A DNA stretch of 64,000 bases, taken from assembly GCA_964016885.1 (NCBI GenBank), contig OZ024744.1:26040001-26104000 (forward strand), in the 5' to 3' direction. Source of the stretch: Eledone cirrhosa (taxonomy: Eukaryota). Both the position numbers and the translations under genes were made by a program. This document shows positions 53,601 to 64,000 of the stretch, one piece after another (the stretch's first letter is position 1; every line of letters starts with the position of its first letter). The notes under the pieces are model-generated. The model saw only the letters and a program-made list of their open reading frames with translations, was not told the origin of the DNA and ran no database searches.

Positions 53601-56600
53601 TGTCATGGTGGTAGTATTGATGGTGAAGCTTGTGGTAGTTGTGGTGGTAGTGGTGGTAGTGGTGCTGATGGTAGTGGTCATGGTGGTAGCAGTTGTTCTG
53701 TCATGGTGGTGGTATTCATGGTGAAGCTTGTGGTAGTTGTGGTGGTAGTGGTGGTAGTGGTGCAGGTGGTTGTGGTCATAGTAGTAGCAGTTGTTGTGTC
53801 ATGGTGGTAGTATTGATGGTGAAGCTTGTGGTAGTTGTGGTGGTAGAGGTGGTAGTGGTGCTGGTGGTTGTGGTCATGGTGGTAGCAGTTGTTGTGTCAT
53901 GGTGGTAGTATTGATGGTGAAGCTTGAGGTAGTTGTGGTAGTTGTGGTGGTAGTGGTGCTGGTGGTTGTGGTCATGGTGGTAGCAGTTGTTGTGTCATGG
54001 TGGTATTATTGATGGTGAAGCTTGTGGTAGTTGTGGTGGTAGTGGTGGTAGTGGTGCTGATGGTAGTGGTCATGGTGGTAGCAGTTGTTGTGTCATGGTG
54101 GTAGTATTGATGGTGAAGCTTGTGGTAGTTGTGGTGGTAGTGGTGGTAGTGGTGCCGGTGGTTGTGGTCATGGTGGTAGCAGTTGTTGTGTCATGGTGGT
54201 AGTATTGATGGTGAACTTTGTGGTAGTGGTGGTGGTAGTGGTGGTAGTGGTGCTGATGGTAGTGGTCATGGTGGTAGCAGTTGTTCTGTCATGGTGGTGG
54301 TATTGATGGTGAAGCTTGTGGTAGTTGTGGTGGTAGTGGTGGTAGTGGTGCTGGTGGTTGTGGTGATGGTGGTAGCAGTTGTTGTGTCATGGTGGTAGTA
54401 TTGATGGTGAAGCTTGTGGTAGTTGTGGTGGTAGTGGTGGTAGTGGTGCTGGTGGCTGTGGTCATGGTGGTAGCAGTTGTTGTGTCATGGTGGTAGTATT
54501 GATGGTGAAGCTTGTGGTAGTTGTGGTGGTAGTGGTGGTAGTGGTGCTGGTGGTTGTGGTGATGGTGGTAGCAGTTGTTGTGTCATCGTGGTAGTATTGA
54601 TGGTGAAGCTTGTGGTAGTTGTGGTAGTTGTGGTGGTAGTGGTGCTGGTGGTTGTGGTCATGGTGGTAGCAGTTGTTGTGTCATGGTGGAAGTATTGATG
54701 GTGAAGCTTGCGGTAGTTGTGGTGGTAGTGGTGGTAGTGGTGTTGATGGTAGTGGTCATGGTGGTAGCAGTTGTTCTGTCATGGTGGTGGTATTGATGGT
54801 GAAGCTTGTGGTAGTTGTGGTGGTAGTGGTGGTAGTCGTGCTGGTGGCTGTGGTCATGGTGGTAGCAGTTGTTGTGTCATGGTGGTAGTATTGATGGTGA
54901 AGCTTGTGGTAGTTGTGGTGGTAGTGGTGGTAGTGGTGCTGGTGGTTGTGGTGATGGTGGTAGCAGTTGTTGTGTCATGGTGGTAGTATTGATGGTGAAG
55001 CTTGTGGTAGTTGTGGTAGTTGTGGTGGTAGTGGTGCTGGTGGTTGTGGTCATGGTGGTAGCAGTTGTTGTGTCATGGTGGAAGTATTGATGGTGAAGCT
55101 TGTGGTAGTTGTGGTGGTAGTGGTGGTAGTGGTGTTGATGGTGGTGGTCATGGTGGTAGCAGTTGTTCTGTCATGGTGGTGGTATTGATGGTCAAGCTTG
55201 TGGTAGTTGTGGTGGTAGTGGTGGTAGTGGTGCTGGTGATTGTGGTCATGGTGGTAGCAGTTGTTGTGTCATGGTGGTAGTATTGATGGTGAAGCTTGTG
55301 GTAGTTGTGGTGGTAGTGGTGGTAGTGGTGCTGGTGGTTGTGGTCATGGTGGTAGCAGTTGTTGTGTCATGGTGATGGTATTGATGGTGAAGCTTGTGGT
55401 AGTTGTGGTAGTTGTGGTGGTAGTGGTGCTGGTGGTTGTGGTCATGGTGGTAGCAGTTGTTGTGTCATGGTGGTAGTATTGATGCTGAAGCTTGTGGTAG
55501 TTGTGGTGGTAGTGGTGGTAGTGGTGCTGATGGTAGTGGTCATGGTGGTAGCAGTTGTTCTGTCATGGTGGTGGTATTGATGGTGAAGCTTGTGGTAGTT
55601 GGGGTGGTAGTGGTGGTAGTGGTGCTGGTGGTTGTGGTCATGGTGGTAGCAGTTGTTGTGTCATGGTGGTAGTATTGATGGTGAAGCTTGTGGTAGTTGT
55701 GGTGGTAGTGGTGGTAGTGCTGCTGGTGGTTGTGGTCATGGTGGTAGCAGTTGTTGTGTCATGGTGGTAGTATTGATGGTGAAGCTTGTGGTAGTTGTGG
55801 TAGTTGTGGTGGTAGTGGTGCTGGTGGTTGTGGTCATGGTGGTAGCAGTTGTTGTGTCATGGTGGTAGTATTGATGGTGAAGCTTGTGGTAGTTGTGGTG
55901 GTAGTGGTGCTGATGGTAGTGGTCATGGTGGTAGCAGTTGTTGTGTCATGGTGGTAGTATTGATGGTGAATCTTGTGGTAGTAGTGGTGGTAGTGGTGGT
56001 AGTGGTGCTGGTGGTTGTGGTCATGGTGGTAGCAGTTGTTGTGTCATGGTGGTAGTATTGATGGTGAAGCTTGTGGTAGTTGTGGTGGTAGTGGTGGTAG
56101 TGGTGCTGATGGTAGTGGTCATGGTGGTAGCAGTTGTTCTGTCATTGTGATGGTATTGATGGTGAAGCTTGTGGTAGTTGTGGTGGTAGTGGTGGTATTG
56201 GTGCTGGTGGTTGTGGTCATGGTGGTAGCAGTTGTTGTGTCATGTTGGTGGTATTGATGGTGAAGCTTGTGGTAGTTGTGGTGGTAGTGGTGGTAGTGGT
56301 GCTGGTGGTTGTGGTCATGGTGGTAGCAGTTGTTGTGTCATGGTGGTGGTATTGATGGTGAAGCTTGTGGTAGTTGTGGTGGTAGTGGTGGTAGTGGTGC
56401 TGGTAGTTGTGGTCATGGTGGTAGCAGTTGTTGTGTCATGGTGGTAGTATTGATGGTGAAGCTTGTGGTAGTTGTGGTGGTAGTGGTGGTAGTGGTGCCG
56501 GTGGTTGTGGTCATGGTGGTAGCAGTTGTTGTGTCATGGTGGTAGTATTGATGGTGAACTTTGTGGTAGTTGTGGTGGTAGTGTTGGTAGTGGTGCTGGT

Positions 56601-59600
56601 GGTTGTGGTCATGGTGGTAGCAGTTGTTGTGTCATGGTGATGGTATTGATGGTGAAGCTTGTGGTAGTTGTGGTAGTTGTGGTGGTAGTGGTGCTGGTGG
56701 TTGTGGTCATGGTGGTAGCAGTTGTTGTGTGATGGTGGTAGTATTGATGCTGAAGCTTGTGGTAGTTGTGGTGGTAGTGGTGGTAGTGGTGGTAGTGGTG
56801 CTGGTGGTTGTGGTTATGGTGGTAGCAGTTGTTCTGTCATGGTGGTGGTATTGATGGTGAAGCTTGTGGTAGTTGTGGTGGTAGTGGTGGTAGTGGTGCT
56901 GGTGGTTGTGGTCATGGTGGTAGCAGTTGTTGTGTCATGGTGGTAGTATTGATGGTGAAGCTTGTGGTAGTTGTGGTGGTAGTGGTGGTAGTGGTGCTGG
57001 TGGTTGTGGTCATGGTGGTAGCTGTTGTTGTGTCATGGTGTTGGTATTGATGGTGAAGCTTGTGGTAGTTGTGGTGGTAGTGTTGGTAGTGGTGCTGATG
57101 GTAGTGGTCATGGTGGTAGCAGTTGTTCAGTCATGGTGGTAGTATTGATGGTGAAGCTTGTGGTAGTTGTGGTGTTATTGGTGGTAGTGGTACTGGTGGT
57201 TGTGGTCATGGTGGTAGCAGTTGTTGTGTCATGGTGGTAGTATTGATGGTGAAGCTTGTGGTAGTTGTGGTGGTAGTGGTGGTAGTGGTGCTGATGGTAG
57301 TGGTCATGGTTATAGCAGTTGTTGTGTCATGGTGGTAGTATTGATTATGAAGCTTGTGGTAGTTGTGGTAGTTGTGGTGGTAGTGGTGCTGGTGGTTGTG
57401 GTCATGGTGGTAGCAGTTGTTCTGTCATGGTGGTGGTATTGATGGTGAAGCTTGTGGTAGTTGTGTTGGTAGTGTTGGTAGTGGTGCTGGTGGTTGTGGT
57501 CATGGTGGTAGCAGTTGTTGTGTCATGGTGGTAGTATTGATGGTGAAGTTTGTGGTAGTTGTGGTTGTAGTGGTGGTAGTGGTGCTGGTGCTTGTGGTCA
57601 TGGTGGTAGCAGTTGTTCTGTCATGGTGGTGGTATTGATGGTGAAGCTTGTGGTAGTTGTGGTGGTAGTGGTGGTAGTGGTGCTGGTGGCTGTGGTCATG
57701 GTGGTAGCAGTTGTTGTGTCATGGTGGTGGTATTGATGGTGAAGCTTGTGGTAGTTGTGGTGGTAGTGGTGGTAGTGGTGCAGGTGGTTGTGGTCATGGT
57801 GGTAGCAGTTGTTCTGTCATGGTGGTGGTATTGATGGTGAAGCTTGTGGTAGTTGTGGTGGTAGTGGTCGTAGTGGTGCTGATGGTAGTGGTCATGGTGG
57901 TAGCAGTTGTTCTGTCATGGTGGTGGTATTGATGGTGAAGCTTGTGGTAGTTGTGGTGGTAGTGGTGGTGTGGTGCAGGTGGTTGTGGTCATAGTGGTAG
58001 CAGTTGTTGTGTCATGGTGGTAGTATTGATGGTGAAGCTTGTGGTAGTTGTGGTGGTAGAGGTGGTAGTGGTGCTGGTGGTTGTGGTCATGGTGGTAGCA
58101 GTTGTTGTGTCATGGTGGTAGTATTGATGGTGAAGCTTGTGGTAGTTGTGGTAGTTGTGGTGGTAGTGGTGCTGGTGGTTGTGGTCATGGTGGTAGCAGT
58201 TGTTGTGTCATGGTGGTAGTATTGATGGTGAAGCTTGTGGTAGTTGTGGTGGTAGTGGTGGTAGTGGTGCTGATGGTAGTGGTCATGGTGGTAGCAGTTG
58301 TTGTGTCATGGTGGTAGTATTGATGGTGAAGCTTGTGGTAGTTGTGGTGGTAGTGGTGGTAGTGGTGCCGGTGGTTGTGGTCATGGTGGTAGCAGTTGTT
58401 GTGTCATGGTGGTAGTATTGATGGTGAACTTTGTGGTAGTTGTGGTGGTAGTGGTGGTAGTGGTGCTGATGGTAGTGGTCATGGTGGTAGCAGTTGTTCT
58501 GTCATGGTGGTGGTATTGATGGTGAAGCTTGTGGTAGTTGTGGTGGTAGTGGTGGTAGTGGTGCTGGTGGCTGTGGTCATGGTGGTAGCAGTTGTTGTGT
58601 CATGGTGGTAGTATTGATGGTGAAGCTTGTGGTAGTTGTGGTGGTAGTGGTGGTAGTGGTGCTGGTGGTTGTGGTCATGGTGGTAGCAGTTGTTGTGTCA
58701 TGGTGGTAGTATTGATGGTGAAGCTTGTGGTAGTTGTGGTAGTTGTGGTGGTAGTGGTGCTGGTGGTTGTGGTCATGGTGGTAGCAGTTGTTGTGTCATG
58801 GTGGAAGTATTGATGGTGAAGCTTGTGGTAGTTGTGGTGGTAGTGGTGGTAGTGGTGTTGATGGTAGTGGTCATGGTGGTAGCAGTTGTTCTGTCATGGT
58901 GGTGGTATTGATGGTGAAGCTTGTGGTAGTTGTGGTGGTAGTGGTGGTAGTGGTGCTGGTGGTTGTGGTCATGGTGGTAGCAGTTGTTATGTCATGGTGG
59001 TAGTATTGATGGTGAAGCTTGTGGTAGTTGTGGTGGTAGTGGTGGTAGTTGTGGTGGTAGTGGTGGTAGTGGTGCTGGTGGTTGTGGTCATGGTGGTAGC
59101 AGTTGTTGTGTCATGGTGATGGTATTGATGGTGAAGTTTGTGGTAGTTGTGGTAGTTGTGGTGGTAGTGGTGCTGGTGGTTGTGGTCATGGTGGTAGCAG
59201 TTGTTGTGTCATGGTGGTAGTATTGATGCTGAAGCTTGTGGTAGTTGTGGTGGTAGTGGTGGTAGTGGTGCTGATGGTAGTGGTCATGGTGGTAGCAGTT
59301 GTTCTGTCATGGTGGTGGTATTGATGGTGAAGCTTGTGGTAGTTGGGGTGGTAGTGGTGGTAGTGGTGCTGGTGGTTGTGGTCATGGTGGTAGCAGTTGT
59401 TGTGTCATGGTGGTAGTATTGATGGTGAAGCTTGTGGTAGTTGTGGTGGTAGTGGTGGTAGTGCTGCTGGTGGTTGTGGTCATGGTGGTAGCAGTTGTTG
59501 TGTCATGGTGGTAGTATTGATGGTGAAGCTTGTGGTAGTTGTGGTAGTTGTGGTGGTAGTGGTGCTGGTGGTTGTGGTCAGGGTGGTAGCAGTTGTTGTG

Positions 59601-62600
59601 TCATGGTGGTAGTATTGATGGTGAAGCTTGTGGTAGTTGTGGTGGTCGTGGTGCTGATGGTAGTGGTCATGGTGGTAGCAGTTGTTGTGTCATGGTGGTA
59701 GTATTAATGGTGAATCTTGTGGTAGTAGTGGTGGTAGTGGTGGTAGTGGTGCTGGTGGTTGTGGTCATGGTGGTAGCAGTTGTTGTGTCATGGTGGTAGT
59801 ATTGATGGTGAAGCTTGTGGTAGTTGTGGTGGTAGTGGTGGTAGTGGTGCTGATGGTAGTGGTCATGGTGGTAGCAGTTGTTCTGTCATGGTGATGGTAT
59901 TGATGGTGAAGCTTGTGGTAGTTGTGGTGGTAGTGGTGGTATTGGTGCTGGTGGTTGTGGTCATGGTGGTAGCAGTTGTTGTGTCATGGTGGTGGTATTG
60001 ATGGTGAAGCTTGTGGTAGTTGTGGTGGTAGTGGTGGTAGTGGTGCTGGTGGTTGTGGTCATGGTGGTAGCAGTTGTTGTGTCATGGTGGTGGTATTGAT
60101 GGTGAAGCTTGTGGTAGTTGTGGTGGTAGTGGTGGTAGTGGTGCTGGTAGTTGTGGTCATGGTGGTAGCAGTTGTTGTGTCATGGCGGTAGTATTGATGG
60201 TGAAGCTGGTGGTAGTTGTGGTGGTAGTGGTGGTAGTGGTGCTGATGGTAGTGGTCATGGTGGTAGCAGTTGTTCTGTCATGGTGGTGGTATTGATGGTG
60301 AAGCTTGTGGTAGTTGTGGTGTTAGTGGTGGTAGTGGTGCTGGTGGTTTTGGTCATGGTGGTAGCAGTTGTTGTGTCATGGTGGTAGTATTGATGGTGAA
60401 GCTTGTGGTAGTTGTGGTTGTAGTGGTGGTAGTATTGATTATGAAGCTTGTGGTAGTTGTGGTAGTTGTGGTGGTAGTGGTGCTGGTGGTTGTGGTCATG
60501 GTGGTAGCAGTTGTTGTGTCATGGTGGTGGTATTGATGGTGAAGCTTGTGGTTGTTGTGGTGGTAGTGGTGGTAGTGGTGCTGGTGGTTGTGGTCATGGT
60601 GGTAGCAGTTGTTGTGTCATGGTGGTAGTATTGATGGTGAAGCTTGTGGTAGTTGTGGTGGTAGTGGTGGTAGTGGTGCTGATGGTAGTGGTCATGGTGG
60701 TAGCAGTTGTTCTGTCATGGTGGTGGTATTGATGGTGAAGCTTGTGGTAGTTGTGGTGGTAGTGGTGGTAGTGGTGCTGGTGGTTGTGGTCATGGTGGTA
60801 GCAGTTGTTCTGTCATGGTGGTGGTATTGATGGTGAAGCTTGTGGTAGTTGTGGTGGTAGTTGTGGTAGTGGTGCTGGTGGTTGTGGTCATGGTGGTAGC
60901 AGTTGTTGTGTCATGGTGGTAGTATTGATGGTGAAGTTTGTGGTAGTTGTGGTGGTAGTTGTGGTAGTGGTGCTGGTGGTTGTGGTCATGGTGGTAGCAG
61001 TTGTTCTGTCATGGTGGTGGTATTGATGGTGAAGCTTGTGGTAGTTGTGGTGGTAGTGGTGGTAGTGGTGCTGGTGGTTTTGGTCATCGTGGTAGCAGTT
61101 GTTGTGTCATGGTGAAGCTTGTGGTAGTTGTGGTGGTAGTAGTGGTAGTGGTGCTGGTGGTTGTGGTCATGGTGGTAGCAGTTGTTGTGTCATGGTGGTG
61201 GTATTGATGGTGAAGCTTGTGGTAGTTGTGGTGGTAGTAGTGGTAGTGGTGCTGATGGTAGTGGTCATGGTGGTAGCAGTTGTTGTGTCATGGTGGTAGT
61301 ATTGATGGTGAAGCTTGTGGTAGTTGTGGTGGTAGTAGTGGTAGTGGTCCTGATGGTAGTGGTCATGGTGGTAGCAGTTGTTGTGTCATGGTGGTAGTAT
61401 TGATGGTGAAGCTTGTGGTAGTTGTGGTGGTAGTGGTGGTAGTGGTGCTGATGGTAGTGGTCATGGTGGTAGCAGTTGTTGTGTCATGGTGGTAGTATTG
61501 ATGGTGAAGCTTGTGGTAGTTGTGGTGGTAGTGGTGGTAGTGGTGCTGATAGTAGTGTTCATGGTGGTAGCAGTTGTTGTGTCATGGTGGTAGTATTGAT
61601 GCTGAAGCTTGTGGTAGTTGTGGTGGTAGTGGTGGTAGTGGTGCTGATGGTAGTGGTCATGGTGGTAGCAGTTGTTCTGTCATGGTGGTGGTATTGATGG
61701 TGAAGCTTGTGGTAGTTGTGGTGGTAGTGGTGGTAGTGGTGCTGGTGGTTGTGGTCATGGTGGTAGCAGTTGTTCTGTCATGGTGGTGGTATTGATGGTG
61801 AAGCTTGTGGTAGTTGTGGTGGTAGTTGTGGTAGTGGTGCTGGTGGTTGTGGTCATGGTGGTAGCAGTTGTTGTGTCATGGTGGTAGTATTGATGGTTAA
61901 GTTTGTGGTAGTTGTGGTGGTAGTTGTGGTAGTGGTGCTGGTGGTTGTGGTCATGGTGGTAGCAGTTGTTCTGTCATGGTGGTGGTATTGATGGTGAAGC
62001 TTGTGGTAGTTGTGGTGGTAGTGGTGGTAGTGGTGCTGGTGGTTGTGGTCATGGCGGTAGCAGTTGTTGTGTCATGGTGGTAGTATTGATGGTGAAGCTT
62101 GTGGTAGTTGTGGTGGTAGTTGTGGTGGTAGTGGTGCTGATAGTAGTGGTCATGGTGGTAGCAGTTGTTGTGTCATGGTGGTGGTATTGATGGTGAAGCT
62201 TGTGGTAGTTGTGGTAGTTGTGGTGGTAGTGGTGCTGGTGGTTGTGGTCATGATGGTAGCAGTTGTTGTGTCATGGTGGTAGTATTGATGGTGAAGCTTG
62301 TGGTAGTTGTGGTAGTTGTGGTGGTAGTGGTGCTGGTGGTTGTGGTCATGATGGTAGCAGTTGTTGTGTCATGGTGGTAGTATTGATGGTGAAGCGTGTG
62401 GTACTTGTGGTAGTTGTGGTGGTTGTGGTGCTGGTGGTAGTGGTCATGGTGGTAGCAGTTGTTGTGTCATGGTGGTGGTATTGATGGTGAAGCTTGTGGT
62501 AGTTGTGGTGGTAGTGGTGGTAGTGGTGCTGGTGGTTTTGGTCATCGTGGTAGCAGTTGTTGTGTCATGGTGAAGCTTGTGGTAGTTGTGGTGGTAGTAG

Positions 62601-64000
62601 TGGTAGTGGTGCTGGTGGTAGTGGTCATGGTGGTAGCAGTTGTTCTGTCATGGTGGTGGTATTGATGGTGAAGCTTGTGGTAGTTGTGGTGTTAGTGGTG
62701 GTAGTGGTGCTGGTGGTTTTGGTCATGGTGGTAGCAGTTGTTGTGTCATGGTGGTAGTATTGATGGTGAAGCTTGTGGTAGTTGTGGTTGTAGTGGTGGT
62801 AGTGGTGCTGATGGTAGTGGTCATGGTGGTAGCAGTTGTTGTGTCATGGTGGTAGTATTAATGGTGAAGCTTGTGGTAGTTGTGGTGGTAGTGGTGGTAG
62901 TGGTGCTGGTGGTTGTGGTCATGGTGGTAGCAGTTGTTGTGTCATGGTGATGGTATTGATGGTGAAGCTTGTGGTAGTTGTGGTGGTAGTGGTGGTAGTG
63001 GTGCTGATGGTAGTGGTCATGGGGGTAGCAGTTGTTGTGTCATGGTGGTAGTATTGATGGTGAAGCTTGTGGTAATTGTGGTAGTTGTGGTGGTAGTGGT
63101 GCTGGTGGTTGTGGTCATGGTGGTAGCAGTTTTTGTGTCATGGTGGTGGTATTGATGGTGAAGCTTGTGGTAGTTGTGGTGGTAGTGGTGGTAGTGGTGG
63201 TAGTGGTGCTGGTGGTTGTGGTCATGGTGGTAGCAGTTGTTCTGTCATGGTGGTGGTATTGATGGTGAAGCTTGTGGTAGTTGTGGTGGTAGTGGTGGTA
63301 GTGGTGCTGGTGGTTGTGGTCATGGTGGTAGCAGTTGTTGTGTCATGGTGGTAGTATTGATGGTGAAGCTTGTGGTAATTGTGGTAGTTGTGGTGGTAGT
63401 GGTGCTGGTGGTTGTGGTCATGGTGGTAGCAGTTGTTGTGTCATGGTGGTGGTACTGATGGTGAAGCTTATGGTAGTTGTGGTGGTAGTGGTGGTAGTGG
63501 TGCTGGTGGTTGTGGTCATGGTGGTAGCAGTTGTTGTGTCATGGTGGTAGTATTGATGGTGAAGCTTGTGGTAGTTGTGGTGGTAGTGGTGGTAGTGGTG
63601 CTGATGGTAGTGGTCATGGTTATAGCAGTTGTTGTGTCATGGTGGTAGTATTGATTATGAAGCTTGTGGTAGTTGTGGTAGTTGTGGTGGTAGTGGTGCT
63701 GGTGGTTGTGGTCATGGTGGTAGCAGTTGTTGTGTCATGGTGGTGGTATTGATGGTGAAGCTTGTGGTTGTTGTGGTGGTAGTGGTGGTAGTGGTGCTGG
63801 TGGTTGTGGTCATGGTGGTAGCAGTTGTTGTGTCATGGTGGTAGTATTGATGGTGAAGCTTGTGGTAGTTGTGGTGGTAGTGGTGGTAGTGGTGCTGATG
63901 GTAGTGGTCATGGTGGTAGCAGTTGGTCTGTCATGGTGGTGGTATTGATGGTGAAGCTTGTGGTAGTTGTGGTGGTAGTGGTGGTAGTGGTGCTGGTGGT
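35681..64000. repeat. 98-bp GT-rich satellite array, about 290 monomers, extending past the window end
   Basis: Consensus agtggtgctggtggttgtggtcatggtggtagcagttgttgtgtcatggtggtagtattgatggtgaagcttgtggtagttgtggtggtagtggtggt. Most monomers have one HindIII site, and ORF starts recur every 98 nt. Confidence 0.98.

Noticed and set aside
35588-63948. Hundreds of ~71-aa Gly/Cys/Val-rich ORFs resembling a tandem gene family (keratin-associated or metallothionein-like)
   Set aside because: They are translations of a 98-bp satellite whose length is not a multiple of 3. They mostly start at TTG, overlap each other and shift frame every monomer.

Overview
AT-rich, microsatellite-saturated animal genomic DNA. 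The SINE families and repeat texture suggest an octopus-like coleoid cephalopod, which is an inference. The only well-supported host gene is a minus-strand olfactomedin-family gene: a coiled-coil-like exon (17643-17990) splices in phase 1 onto a terminal exon encoding a whole OLF domain (11708-12507). Its 5' exons are not confidently located. Positions 1-35.6 kb are a patchwork of tRNA-derived SINEs, Penelope-like GIY-YIG remnants, an R4/Dong-like LINE fragment, a CRE-like RLE fragment, a Helitron-like element, and 46-bp and 79-bp minisatellites. From about 35680 to the window end lies a 98-bp GT-rich satellite (about 290 monomers) with mosaic multi-kb internal duplications. The most notable hidden signal is at least eight type I hammerhead ribozyme motifs with complete catalytic cores, plus several decayed ones, between 6.5 and 17.5 kb. 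Three lie in sense orientation in the last intron of the olfactomedin gene, and two sit back-to-back in a ~330-bp palindrome just past its stop codon. The 79-bp minisatellite is an amplified piece of a retrotransposon endonuclease coding sequence. Nearly all other ORFs in the track are repeat artefacts. All folds and family calls were made by eye, with no database searches.
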